Made by a program: the position numbers and the translations under genes
The notes under the pieces: generated by a model
What the model saw: the letters and a program-made list of their open reading frames with translations, nothing else
Told to the model about the DNA's origin: nothing
The model's database searches: none
Source: Spirochaetia bacterium
Lineage (GTDB): Bacteria; Spirochaetota; Spirochaetia; SZUA-6; Bin103
Assembly: GCA_965203905.1 (NCBI GenBank)
Contig: CBDBDQ010000005.1
Span: forward strand, 704,001 to 768,000
Reading direction: 5' to 3'
DNA length: 64,000 nucleotides
Shown here: one piece after another, positions 1 through 10,012 of the stretch
Layout of the letters: each line of letters starts with the position of its first letter
Numbering within the stretch: the first letter of the stretch is position 1

Positions 1-1317
1 GACCCATCGGGCATGTTCTACCTCGACGGCCGATGGCACCTGTACTACGCCAACAACCGCTTCGCCAACCGCATGGCCGGACCCGACAACGCCTGGGCGC
101 ACGCCGTCAGCAGCGACCTGCTGCATTGGGAAGAACTGCCGCTCCTGCTGGCCCCGGAGCGCGGCCGCCACTCGTTCTGGACCGGCGGCGCCGCGGTGGA
201 CCTGGCCAATGCCAGCGGCCGCGGCAGCGCGCGGCGGCCGGCCGTGGTGTTCGCTGCCAACAACGGCAGCGACGCCCCCGACGCCTTTACCCAGTGCACG
301 TTCGTCAGTGCCGACGGCGGCCTTACCTGCAGCAGCGACCCGCGCATGATGTACCACCCGCTGCCGCCACAGGCCGAGCGCCGCGGCGGCGGCACCCGCG
401 ACCCGATGATCCTGTGGTGGGAGCCGGAGCGGAAGTGGGTGATGGTCGTCTACAACCGTCCCCCCGGCGGCGAGCACAGTTTCCACTTCTTCGAATCGAG
501 GGACCTGCGGAGCTGGCGCGAAACCGGGGTCCTGGCGGGGATGTACGAGTGCCCCAACCTGTTCCGGCTACCGGTCGACGATGACCCGGAAAATCAGCGG
601 TGGGTCGTCTGGGGCTCCTCCACCGAGTACCTGGTCGGAGACTTCGACGGCCACCGGTTCACCCCCGATTCCGGCGCGCGCCTGCGCACCCACTACGGCG
701 CGTTCTCCGCCTCGCAGGTATTCGCCAACGCGCCGGCGGGAAGGATCGTGCAGATCGGGTGGGCGCACTGCTGCAACTACGCCCACGAGTTCTGCCAGAT
801 GGCCTCCTTTCCATTGCAGCTCGGCCTGCGCACGACCGCCGCCGGCGTGCGCCTGTTCGCGCGCTTCATCCCCGAGCTGCGCCGCCTGCGGCTCTCTGGG
901 TGGGAAACAGCGGACGTGACCGTGGGCGCCGGCCGCAGCTACCGCACCGGGGACACCTCGCGCCCGTTGGAGATGCTGCTGGAAGCGACCGCGGCGCCCG
1001 GGGCCACGCTGGTCGTCAGCGGCAGCGAGCTGGAACTGACCTGGCACGCCGCCAGCGGCGACTTCCGGCTGCAGGGAAACCGCGTGACGATCCCGGGTCC
1101 GGCACCGGGCGGACGCATCTCGCTCCACCTCCTGCTCGACGTTCCGTCGGTGGAAGCGGTGGTGAACGACGGCGCCGCCTACGTGATTCAGGAGCGCGAC
1201 TACCGGCGCCTGGAGCCGGACGTGCCGCTGCGGATCGCGGCGCGCGGCGGTGAAATCGTGCTGCACCGCGTACGGGTCTATCCGCTGCGGTCGATCCACG
1301 ACGGCGCGGAGCCGTAG
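1..1317 (+). CDS. GH32 glycoside hydrolase (levanase/beta-fructosidase-like), 5' truncated by window edge
   Basis: Frame is open from base 1 (DPSGMFYLDGRWHLYY). Has WAHAVSSDLLHW, the RDP motif (GTRDP), the catalytic EC motif (YECP) and a C-terminal beta-sandwich (LLLDVPSVE). Confidence 0.85.
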   Translation, partial: DPSGMFYLDGRWHLYYANNRFANRMAGPDNAWAHAVSSDLLHWEELPLLLAPERGRHSFWTGGAAVDLANASGRGSARRPAVVFAANNGSDAPDAFTQCTFVSADGGLTCSSDPRMMYHPLPPQAERRGGGTRDPMILWWEPERKWVMVVYNRPPGGEHSFHFFESRDLRSWRETGVLAGMYECPNLFRLPVDDDPENQRWVVWGSSTEYLVGDFDGHRFTPDSGARLRTHYGAFSASQVFANAPAGRIVQIGWAHCCNYAHEFCQMASFPLQLGLRTTAAGVRLFARFIPELRRLRLSGWETADVTVGAGRSYRTGDTSRPLEMLLEATAAPGATLVVSGSELELTWHAASGDFRLQGNRVTIPGPAPGGRISLHLLLDVPSVEAVVNDGAAYVIQERDYRRLEPDVPLRIAARGGEIVLHRVRVYPLRSIHDGAEP

Positions 1318-1323
1318 CAGCGC

Positions 1324-2475
1324 TCAGCGGCTGTAGGGGTCGGCGGCGTCACGCAGCCCGTCGCCGATGAAGTTGAACGCGAGCACCGCGGTAACGATGA
1401 AGATGGTCGGAATCAGGTGCCACGGGTAGTTGAAGATCACGATCAGGCTGCGCGCCTGCTGCATCATCGACCCCCAGCTCACTTCCGGCGGCAGGATCCC
1501 CAGGCCGAGAAAGCTGAGCGTGGTCTCGCCCAGAATCATGTGAGGAATGGCCAGCGTGATGCTGACCACGAGATAGCTCAGAAACCCCGGCAGCAGGTGG
1601 CTCACGATCACCTTGCGATCGGTGGAACCCGCGACCTTGGCGGCCATCACGTAGTCGTCCTCGCGCATCGAGATCAGGCGCCCGCGCACCACCCGCGCCA
1701 GCCCGGTCCAGCCGATGAACGAGAGGATGATGGTGATGGCGAAGAAGGTCTCGATCCCGCTCCAGTTGTTGGGAATGGCAGCCGACAGCGCAATCCACAG
1801 GGGAAGCTGCGGCAGGCTCAGAATGAACTCGATCAGGCGCTGGATGGCATCGTCCACGAAGCCGCCGAAGTAGCCGGAAATGCCTCCCAGGGTCACCCCC
1901 AGGACGAAGCTGATAAGCACCCCGACCAACCCCACCGAAAGCGAGATGCGGCCCGCGTACAGCGTCTGCGAGTAGACATCCATACCGATGTTGTTGGTCC
2001 CGAACAGCGCCACGTACCCCTCGCCCACTCCGAACAGCCGGGTCTGCGCCGGAATCAGTCCGAGGACCTTGTACGGTGCACCGCTGGTGAAGAACCGGAC
2101 AGGAATTCTGCGGCTGCGATCCGGCACCGTCCGATAGGTATAGGTTGCCTCGTCAAGTTCCTTGCGGGCGGCGTATACGAACGGCGCGTTGAATCCGGTG
2201 GCCGGATCGAACACCCGGATACGCGTCGGCGAGCTGAACTGGGCGTCGGGGATGCGGTAGTTCTTGGGGTAGGGCGCGAAGAAATCGGCGAAGATCGCCA
2301 GCAGGTAGAGCACCCCCAACACGGCGAGACTGACCAGGGCCAGCCGGTGGCGGCGGAACTTCAGCCAGACGAGCTGGCGCTGGGACGCAAGGGAAAGGCG
2401 CTCGGCGCCCGAGTCGCCGGACTGCGGCGCCGCGGCGGCCGTGGCGGGTGCCGTGGGTTTCGCGGTGACGCTCAA
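1324..2475 (-). CDS. ABC transporter permease, OppC/DppC family
   Basis: Hydrophobic helices, EAA-like loop (EDDYVMAAKVAG), C-terminal NFIGDGLRDAADP. Confidence 0.92.
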   Translation of the reverse strand: MSVTAKPTAPATAAAAPQSGDSGAERLSLASQRQLVWLKFRRHRLALVSLAVLGVLYLLAIFADFFAPYPKNYRIPDAQFSSPTRIRVFDPATGFNAPFVYAARKELDEATYTYRTVPDRSRRIPVRFFTSGAPYKVLGLIPAQTRLFGVGEGYVALFGTNNIGMDVYSQTLYAGRISLSVGLVGVLISFVLGVTLGGISGYFGGFVDDAIQRLIEFILSLPQLPLWIALSAAIPNNWSGIETFFAITIILSFIGWTGLARVVRGRLISMREDDYVMAAKVAGSTDRKVIVSHLLPGFLSYLVVSITLAIPHMILGETTLSFLGLGILPPEVSWGSMMQQARSLIVIFNYPWHLIPTIFIVTAVLAFNFIGDGLRDAADPYSR

Positions 2476-3461
2476 TCGCTCAGCCTGATGCGCGGGTCGA
2501 CGATGCCCAGCAGGAGATCGGAGACGAGGGTGCCGATGACGGTGAGGGCGCTCAGGATCATGAAGATCGCCCCCGCCAGGTACATGTCCTCGTTCATGAT
2601 CGACTCGATCATGATCGGCCCGGTGGTGGGCAGGTTGAGCACCATCGATACCACCACCTCACCGCCGAAGGCGGCGGGCAACACCCAGCCGATCGTGCTG
2701 ATGAGGGGATTGATGGCCACCCGCACCGGATACTTGAACAACACCTTCAGCTCGCTCACGCCCTTCGACCGGGCGGTGACCACGTACTGCTTCTTGAGCT
2801 CGTCCAGCAGCGTGGCCCGATGGATGCGAATCAGCGCCGCGGCACTGGAGGAGGCCAGCACCAGCAGCGGTATCGCGAGGTTCTTGAGCATGTCGAGCAG
2901 TCGTGCCAGCGACCACGCGGCATCCCGGAACTCGGCCGAGAACAGCCCGGTCGCCGCCCAGCCGGTGTACCGGTACACGGTGAACACCAGGACGATCGCG
3001 AACAGGAACGCGGGAATCGACAGGCCGACGAAGCCGAAGAAGGTGAACAGGTAGTCCAGGGGCGAGTACTGGCGCACCGCGGAGTAGGTACCGATGGGCA
3101 GTGCGAACAGCCACGCCAGGAGCAGTCCCGCCAGGGTGATGGCCATGGTGCGCGGCACCCGCTCCGCCAGGATGTCACCCACCGCTCGCTTGTAGGTGAA
3201 CGAAGACCCGAAATCGCCGCGCAGGACGATGTTCCCGATCCAGCGCAGGTACTGCGCCGCGAACGGCTTGTCCAGGGCGTAGCGCTGTTTCAACACCTCG
3301 ATCTGCGCCTGGTCGAGGATGTTCCCGGCTCGCGCGAGGTTCTGCACGTAGGTGTCGACGTAGTCGCCCGGCGGGAGCTGGATGACGGCGAAGCTGAACA
3401 GCGACAGCGCCGCCAGCATCGGCAGCACCAGCGTGAATCGGCGGTAGACGTACTTCAGCAT
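2472..3461 (-). CDS. ABC transporter permease, OppB/DppB family
   Basis: IQLPPGD, GDFGSSF, YVVTARSKG, DPRIR motifs. ATG at 3461 (alternative GTG 3467). Confidence 0.92.
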   Translation of the reverse strand: MLKYVYRRFTLVLPMLAALSLFSFAVIQLPPGDYVDTYVQNLARAGNILDQAQIEVLKQRYALDKPFAAQYLRWIGNIVLRGDFGSSFTYKRAVGDILAERVPRTMAITLAGLLLAWLFALPIGTYSAVRQYSPLDYLFTFFGFVGLSIPAFLFAIVLVFTVYRYTGWAATGLFSAEFRDAAWSLARLLDMLKNLAIPLLVLASSSAAALIRIHRATLLDELKKQYVVTARSKGVSELKVLFKYPVRVAINPLISTIGWVLPAAFGGEVVVSMVLNLPTTGPIMIESIMNEDMYLAGAIFMILSALTVIGTLVSDLLLGIVDPRIRLSD

Positions 3462-3473
3462 GCGCACCGACGC

Positions 3474-3506
3474 GGCGGACCGGGTATACCAGTCACCCGG
3501 CCCGCC
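3474..3506. terminator. Intergenic stem-loop between SBP and permease genes (attenuator or mRNA stabiliser)
   Basis: GGCGGACCGGGT-N9-ACCCGGCCCGCC inverted repeat, no U-tract. Confidence 0.45.
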
Positions 3507-3521
3507 ACGCTCACGGGAACG

Positions 3522-5501
3522 TTACGATTCGAAGTACCACTGCGGCGCGGCCTCCGTCATCCCGAAGATGATCGGATAGCCGTCGCCGGGAATGTTGCGC
3601 AGGTCGCTCGAGAAGATGTTGGGCTGGACGATCGACCCGACCGGCCAGATCATTACGTAGTTGCGCGCGAAGTAGTCGAGGAGCTGCTGCCACAGCTCGG
3701 CACCCTCGGGCGACTCCGGCGGTACCGCCTTGCGCGCCGTATGGATGTCGAAGAACTCCTGCAGGTAGGCAGGAGGCTGGCGCCCGCTCTCGCCCGCGGT
3801 CTCGGCATAGAGGGCGCTCGCCGGCGCCCAGGCGCCCTTCGAGCGTGGCCAGTAGTCCTGCGAAATCCCGGACGGGTGGCCGGGAATGTCGTTCCACATC
3901 ACGGTCATCGCGTACTCGTTGTTGCGCAGCTCCTCCCGCCAGATCTGGGGCGCCACCTGCTTGGCGCTGGCGTTGATGCCCACCGCGTGCAGGAATTGCG
4001 CCACGAGCTGTGACAGGTCGATCTGATCGGGCGACAGGCCGTTGGTCACGATCTGGAACTCGAACGTCGACCCATCGGGATAGGTGCGGAATCCCTTGGC
4101 GTCCCGCTCGGTCATCCCCAGCTCGTCGAGGAGCTGGTTGGCCAGCTCCGGATCGTAGTCGATGGGGGTGACCAGGTCGTCCATTTGGTAGCGGCCGAAG
4201 TACAGCGACTCGTTGATGTCGTGCTTGTCGATGGCCAGCGCCACGGCCCGGCCGAAGCGCCGCTCCGAATCCTGCACCAGTACCTGCCACTGGCTGTCCG
4301 GATTCTCGTAGTCGTAGTCCTGGTTGATGAACAGGAGCGGCGGACTGTTGAATCCGCCGGAGGTCTGCACGTAGTAGCCGGCGCGCTCGGCGCCCTCCAG
4401 GTAGAGCGGCATGCCGGGGAGCCGGACGAAGTCATCGAGCACGTAGTCGATCTCGCCCGACAGAATCTTGACGTTGGCCGCATCCGCGTCGGTCGCCTTG
4501 GTGCTCAGGATGCGATCTATGTAGGGGAGCTGCTGGCCCTCGGCATCCACCCAGTTGTAGTAGGGGTTGCGCTCCACCAGGGTGTGGGTGTCGGTGATCT
4601 CGATCGGGTCCCACGCCTGGAAGTGGGGAACCCCGATCAGCAGGCGGTTGCGTCCCGAGCGCTGCCAGTGGGTCTCGCCCTTGATGGCCAGAAGCTGCTG
4701 CCAGTCCACCAGGCCGGCTTCCTTGGCCATGGCGCTGATCTTGGCCTGGTCCGCGTAGGTGGGATGAAACTGCTTCAGGAACTTGGACGGGCGCATGATC
4801 ATGGTCGAGTCGGTGATCCAGGAACGCAGATCGGCCACGAAGAACCCGTAGGAACGGTCGAAGGTGATGCGAAAGGAGTACTCGTCCAGAATCTCGACCA
4901 CGCCCATCGGGTAGAGGCGGTTGCCCTGCGCGTGCAGGTTGTTGCGCGGGACGATGTTGCACTCCTCGCAACCGTACAGGTCCTCGAAGGTGAAGCGCAC
5001 GTCCTCGGTGGTGACCGGATCACCGTTGGACCACTTCAACCCCTTGCGGATGGTGAAGTTGAACACCCGGTAGTCGTCCGCGGTGCTGAAGTCCTCCAGC
5101 AGGACCGGAATCATGTCCTTCGTGCGCTGCTCCGGCGCCCACAGGAAGTTATTGGTGCTGATGTCCAGGATGCTGACCTTGGTGCTCAGCGCCACGGTCC
5201 GCAACGTTCTGCCATCGCTGTACTTGCCGGGCTTCCAGTCGAGGTATTGGGTGCCGTTCAGCACCCCGGGCCCGGCCACGACGGGTACGTCGGGCAGCCG
5301 CTCCTCCACCGGTGGAAGGTCTCCCGCGGCCACCATCCGCGCCAGCATCGGAGCCTCGGAGTAGGTACCTCCGGAGGCCGCCGGCATGCTCGCGTCGCCG
5401 GCCGGGGTCGTTCCCTCTTCGGCGCCGCCTGCCCACAGCGACATGCCGGGCAGAAGCAGAATCAGCACGCTGATGCCGATCCATGTGCGAATCTGTGTCA
5501 T
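3522..5501 (-). CDS. ABC substrate-binding protein, family 5 (OppA/DppA-like, probably oligosaccharide-binding)
   Basis: GGAGG RBS before ATG 5501. Signal peptide ending LWAGGAEE. Motifs EAPMLARMVAAGDLPPVEERLP, KWSNGDPVTTEDV, RNPYY..VD..GQQLPYID. Confidence 0.9.
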   Translation of the reverse strand: MTQIRTWIGISVLILLLPGMSLWAGGAEEGTTPAGDASMPAASGGTYSEAPMLARMVAAGDLPPVEERLPDVPVVAGPGVLNGTQYLDWKPGKYSDGRTLRTVALSTKVSILDISTNNFLWAPEQRTKDMIPVLLEDFSTADDYRVFNFTIRKGLKWSNGDPVTTEDVRFTFEDLYGCEECNIVPRNNLHAQGNRLYPMGVVEILDEYSFRITFDRSYGFFVADLRSWITDSTMIMRPSKFLKQFHPTYADQAKISAMAKEAGLVDWQQLLAIKGETHWQRSGRNRLLIGVPHFQAWDPIEITDTHTLVERNPYYNWVDAEGQQLPYIDRILSTKATDADAANVKILSGEIDYVLDDFVRLPGMPLYLEGAERAGYYVQTSGGFNSPPLLFINQDYDYENPDSQWQVLVQDSERRFGRAVALAIDKHDINESLYFGRYQMDDLVTPIDYDPELANQLLDELGMTERDAKGFRTYPDGSTFEFQIVTNGLSPDQIDLSQLVAQFLHAVGINASAKQVAPQIWREELRNNEYAMTVMWNDIPGHPSGISQDYWPRSKGAWAPASALYAETAGESGRQPPAYLQEFFDIHTARKAVPPESPEGAELWQQLLDYFARNYVMIWPVGSIVQPNIFSSDLRNIPGDGYPIIFGMTEAAPQWYFES

Positions 5502-5520
5502 TTCCGCACCTCCCGTGTTC

Positions 5521-5549
5521 ATCCTGGTACGGCATCGGGGAGCTGTCAA
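5521..5549 (-). promoter_or_regulatory. Putative sigma70 promoter of SBP 3522-5501
   Basis: TTGACA (5549-5544), 17 nt spacer, CAGGAT (5526-5521). Confidence 0.5.
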
Positions 5550-5551
5550 TG

Positions 5552-6183
5552 CTGGCGCACCGCCGAGTAGGTACCGATCGGCAGCGCGAACAGCCACGCC
5601 AGGAGCAGTCCCGCCAGGGTGATGGCCATGGTGCGCGGCACCCGCTCCGCCAGGATGTCACCCACCGCTCGCTTGTAGGTGAACGAAGACCCGAAATCGC
5701 CGCGCAGGACGATGTTCCCGATCCACCCGACCGGCCAGATCATCACGTAGTTGCGCGCGAAGTAGTCGAGCAGTTGCTGCCACAGCTCGGCACCCTCGGG
5801 CGACTCCGGCGGTACCGCCTTGCGCGCCGTATGGATGTCGAAGAACTCCTGCAGGTAGGCAGGAGGCTGGCGCCCGCTCTCGCCCGCGGTCTCGGCATAG
5901 AGGGCGCTCGCCGGCGCCCAGGCGCCCTTCGAGCGTGGCCAGTAGTCCTGCGAGATCCCGGACGGGTCGAGAAGCTGGTTGGCCAGCTCCGGATCGTAGT
6001 CGATGGGGGTGACCAGGTCGTCCATGTGGTAGCGGCCGAAGTACAGCGACTCGTTGATGTCGTGCTTGTCGATGGCCAGCGCCACGGCCCGGCCGAAGCG
6101 CCGCTCCGAATCCTGCACCAGTACCTGCCACTGGCTGTCGGAGTTCTCGTAGTCGTAGTCGTGGTTGATGTACAGGAGCGGCG
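5552..6183 (-). pseudogene. Internally deleted near-identical copy of the adjacent SBP/oppB genes (three collinear fragments)
   Basis: 5552-5725 matches 3069-3242, 5725-5967 matches 3635-3877, 5966-6183 matches 4125-4342. Scattered substitutions; 393-bp and 249-bp segments are missing. Confidence 0.9.
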
Positions 6184-6782
6184 ACCCCAACGTCTCTCGC
6201 ATTGAGGCGCGCGCGTACCAGGCGGCGGTCAGCGCAGCCAACATCGACGCCACCATGGCGGCGCACGCGGTCCGCCGCCAAGACCCGAGAGCCGACCCGG
6301 CCCCGGCAGTGGAGCAGGCGCACCAGCGCGCCATAGACCGGGAGATGGCCGCCTGGCGCCGCCAGCAGCCCACGATTTTCTGCGCCGAGGAGGGGGACGA
6401 AGAGGGCGCCGACGAGGAAATCAGCTGCTTACCTGGCCGATCCGCCATCTGCCGACGTGCAGGCGGTGATCGAGGCCATCGAGGACGGGCGCGCCGAGGG
6501 TGTGCTGGCTGCAACCGAGCGCCTCGCCGACTTCTCCGCTTCCGGCGATAGGTAAGCAACCCTAGCGCTCCTGGAGCGCCTGGAGCGGTGACCCGCCTGC
6601 CGCCCACGATGATGCGGCTCGTCGACGCGGCCCGTGAGGTGCTGGCCGCGAGCGCGACCCCAGCCTACCCGCCCGTGGTGACGCCGTAGCGGAGCTTGGC
6701 GACGGCGCCTTGTTCGGCGGCTACGCCGACGGCGTAGTGGGCGACCATGCGGCTTGAGCGCCACCCGCCGATGCGCAAGCTA

Positions 6783-6898
6783 TGGCCGCACCTGCCGGTC
6801 GCGCCGGGAGCTTGACGGGAATCGTTGAGGTATCACATAGTGGCCGCACCTGCCGGTCGCGGCGGGGACTTGACGGGAATCGTTGAGTTATCGCATAC
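6783..6898 (+). repeat. Two tandem 58-bp units, each with a promoter-like TTGACG
   Basis: TGGCCGCACCTGCCGGTCGCG...CTTGACGGGAATCGTTGAG.TATC.CATA at 6783-6840 and 6841-6898. Confidence 0.9.
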
Positions 6899-6936
6899 GG
6901 CAGGGAGCCCGATACGCTCACCAAAGGAGATGGAAG

Positions 6937-8868
6937 ATGAAAATTTTTCCAGGAAAAATAGTCGTTGCGCCTCTCGTTGCGCTTCTCGTCTTGCTGCTAG
7001 CGGCGCCCCTCGGTTTTGGGGAATATAAGGAGGCGCCGATGCTCGCGCGCCTGGTCGCGGCCGGTGAGCTTCCACCGGTTGACGAGCGGCTTCCGGACAA
7101 TCCCTTCGTTGTTGGTCCCGGCGTGCTGAATGGCACGCAGTGGGTGGATTGGACTCCAGGCCACTACTCCGATGGGAGGAAAGTCAGGACTATCGAAGAT
7201 TCGCTTCACCAGAAGATACCGGGTGCCGGACACATCAACATCCTGTGGTCTCCTGACAACACAACGACGGACCCGGTCGGGACCATAGTTGAAAGCTTCA
7301 GTTTTTCCGATGATTACACAGTGTTCGATTTCACCATCCGCAGGGGGCTGAAGTGGTCCAACGGCGATCTGGTCACCACTGACGATGTGAAATTCGCCTT
7401 CGAGGACCTTTACGAGTATCCAGACGCCGAGATTCGATACCCGGTGCAATTGCACTCCCTGGGCAACCCACGGTTCCCAGTGGCCGAGTTGACGGTCCAA
7501 GATCGGCACTCATTCACGCTTACCTTTGACAGGCCATACGGTTTTTTCGTCACGGAACTGATATCCTGGATCAGCACGGTAGGGGAAGGGATCTTTCAGC
7601 CCTCGGAGTTCCTGAAGCAGTACCATCCGAGGTACACGGCCGTCGCTACGCTGAACGACCTGGCGCAGGATGCCGGCCTGGCCGACTGGAAACAGCTGCT
7701 ACAAGCGAAGACCGGTAACCACTGGCAGATCCTGCTCGGCAGCCCGCACATGATCGGGGTACCCTCTATCCAGCCTTACATATTTACTGAGGCAACCGAT
7801 ACGACGTTGCTGATCGAGAGGAATCCCTACTCTTACATGGTTGACACGGAGGGGCAGCAGCTCCCGTACATAGACTTCGTTGAAACGACCATGGTCGAGG
7901 ACGAAGGCGCGAGAAACCTGAAGATCCTTGCAGGCGAGACGGACTTTCAGACCAGTGACTGGGCCAAGCTGCCGTCGATGCCGACCTACGTCAGTGGTGC
8001 CGAGCAGGGCAACTACCGCGTGCAGCTCGCCGGCGGGTTCGTCGGCCCTCCCACGCTGTTCATAAACCACGACTACGATTACGAGAATCCGAACAGCCAG
8101 TGGCAGAAGCTGATGCAGGACCCCCGCGGTCGCTTCGGCAGGGCGGTGGCACTCGCCATCGACAACCACGACGTCAATGACACGCTGTTCTTCGGCCAGT
8201 ACAAGATGGACGACATTATCACCGGGTCCGACTTCGACCCGGCCCAGGCAAACCGACTCCTGGATGAGCTCGGGCTGGACAACAAAGACGCCAGCGGATT
8301 CCGCACGTACCCCGACGGCTCGCCCCTTGAAATCACGATCAATGCCATCGCGATCGACCCGGCCGGCATCGACGTGGCCCAGCTGTTCTCTCAGTACCTG
8401 CAGGCCGTAGGACTCAACATCGACGCGCAGGGGGTCGAGGGCGGAATCTTCAATCAGAAAGCGGCTAACAACGAGTACCAGATGACGGTCTTTTGGAATG
8501 ACGTCCCGGCGTGGCCTTCCGGGATCTCCGTGGACTTCTGGCCGAGTTTCAAGGGCGCGTGGGCGCCCGAGAGCGCAAAATATATCGATTCCGCTGGCGA
8601 GCAGGGACGAGAGCCCCCTGCGTACATCCAGGAATTCTTCGATATTATCGTCGATCGCAAGGCGGTTCCTCCCGGGACGCCTGAGGGCGCGGCGCAGTAT
8701 GCGAGGCTGCGAGAGTGGTTCGCCGACAACAACGTCATGATCTGGCCCACTGGCAATATCGTGCAGCCCATCATCGCCTCGAGCGACCTTCGCAACGTCG
8801 TGAAGGACGATTATGGGATTCTGTTCGGTTGGATCCATGCAATCCCGCAATGGTATTTCGCGGAGTAG
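6937..8868 (+). CDS. ABC substrate-binding protein, family 5 (paralog of 3522-5501)
   Basis: AAGGAG RBS, signal peptide, EAPMLARLVAAGELPPVDERLP. Collinear similarity to 3522-5501 through the terminal PQWYF. Confidence 0.9.
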   Translation: MKIFPGKIVVAPLVALLVLLLAAPLGFGEYKEAPMLARLVAAGELPPVDERLPDNPFVVGPGVLNGTQWVDWTPGHYSDGRKVRTIEDSLHQKIPGAGHINILWSPDNTTTDPVGTIVESFSFSDDYTVFDFTIRRGLKWSNGDLVTTDDVKFAFEDLYEYPDAEIRYPVQLHSLGNPRFPVAELTVQDRHSFTLTFDRPYGFFVTELISWISTVGEGIFQPSEFLKQYHPRYTAVATLNDLAQDAGLADWKQLLQAKTGNHWQILLGSPHMIGVPSIQPYIFTEATDTTLLIERNPYSYMVDTEGQQLPYIDFVETTMVEDEGARNLKILAGETDFQTSDWAKLPSMPTYVSGAEQGNYRVQLAGGFVGPPTLFINHDYDYENPNSQWQKLMQDPRGRFGRAVALAIDNHDVNDTLFFGQYKMDDIITGSDFDPAQANRLLDELGLDNKDASGFRTYPDGSPLEITINAIAIDPAGIDVAQLFSQYLQAVGLNIDAQGVEGGIFNQKAANNEYQMTVFWNDVPAWPSGISVDFWPSFKGAWAPESAKYIDSAGEQGREPPAYIQEFFDIIVDRKAVPPGTPEGAAQYARLREWFADNNVMIWPTGNIVQPIIASSDLRNVVKDDYGILFGWIHAIPQWYFAE

Positions 8869-8958
8869 TCTCTTAGGGCTAGCGCGCGTCTGATGGCTTG
8901 CTCCTTCAGACGTGCCATTTAGTACGTCCGCAAACCTCTTTTCCGCGGACCTCCTTTT

Positions 8959-8990
8959 CCCAGGCCCGCCCGCCACAGGGCGGGCCTGGG
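8959..8990. terminator. 13-bp stem-loop between SBP and permease genes
   Basis: CCCAGGCCCGCCC-GCCACA-GGGCGGGCCTGGG, a perfect inverted repeat. Confidence 0.6.
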
Positions 8991-9016
8991 ATCATTAGAG
9001 ACAAGAGCCACCCCTG

Positions 9017-10012
9017 ATGCTGAGACTAATAAGCAAGCGCATCCTCCTTATTATTCCCATGCTGTTCATTGTCTCCCTGCTGTCCTTTGTCATCATCCAA
9101 CTCCCGCCCGGGGACTATGTGGAAACCTACATCGAGAATCTCAGGCAAATGGGCGGCATCCCCTTCGAAGACGCATTCCACCTTGCAGGCCAGCTGAGGG
9201 AGCGCTACGCGTTGGATCAGCCCCTTTTGGTGCAGTACTTCATTTGGATGAGGCACATCGTGACCAAGGGGGATTTCGGCAATTCCTTCACCTACGACCG
9301 TCCGGTTACCGACATGCTCCGGGAACGGGTGCCGCGGACCATGGCCATTACCCTTGCGGGTGTCCTGCTTTCCTGGCTCATCGCGGTGCCAATCGGCATT
9401 TGCTCCGCCGTTCACCAATACTCCTTCTCCGACTACGTTTTCACGTTCCTCGGCTTTGTGGGGCTATCCTTTCCCGCGTTCCTCTTCGCCATCGTGCTGG
9501 TGTTCCTCGTCTTCCAATACACGGGGTGGGCCATTACGGGCATCTTCTCTTCCGCGTTCGAAAATGCACCTTGGTCGCTCGCCAAGTTCTGGGACATGGT
9601 GAAGAACATGACTATTCCCATGATCGTGCTGTCCACGTCAGGGGCCGCGGCGCTCATCCGCATCCTGCGCGCCACCCTGTTGGATGAGTTGAAGAAGCAG
9701 TACGTCATCACCGCGCGGTCGAAGGGACTACGGGAGATGCGGCTCCTGTTCAAGTACCCCGTGCGCGTGGCGATCAACCCACTCATCAGCACTATCGGGT
9801 GGCTCCTGCCTGCGGCGGTTGGCGGCGAGATCGTGGTTTCCCTGGTGCTGAACCTGCCCACGACCGGCCCCATCCTTCTATCCTCGGTCCTGGACCAGGA
9901 CATGTACCTGGCAGGCGGTATCCTGTTCATCCTAAGCTCCCTGACCCTCGTGGGAACGCTCATCTCCGACATCCTGCTGGTGGCGGTGGATCCGAGAATC
10001 AGGTTTGAGTAA
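9017..10012 (+). CDS. ABC transporter permease, OppB/DppB family
   Basis: Paralog of 2472-3461 (IQLPPGDYV, YVITARSKG, DPRIR). Confidence 0.92.
   Translation: MLRLISKRILLIIPMLFIVSLLSFVIIQLPPGDYVETYIENLRQMGGIPFEDAFHLAGQLRERYALDQPLLVQYFIWMRHIVTKGDFGNSFTYDRPVTDMLRERVPRTMAITLAGVLLSWLIAVPIGICSAVHQYSFSDYVFTFLGFVGLSFPAFLFAIVLVFLVFQYTGWAITGIFSSAFENAPWSLAKFWDMVKNMTIPMIVLSTSGAAALIRILRATLLDELKKQYVITARSKGLREMRLLFKYPVRVAINPLISTIGWLLPAAVGGEIVVSLVLNLPTTGPILLSSVLDQDMYLAGGILFILSSLTLVGTLISDILLVAVDPRIRFE

Noticed and set aside
3069-6183. Mosaic and source gene as a DGR template/variable repeat pair
   Set aside because: No reverse transcriptase is in the window. The mismatches are not confined to adenines on either strand and are mostly synonymous.
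6783-6898. CRISPR array
   Set aside because: Only two abutting units, with no spacers and no cas genes.
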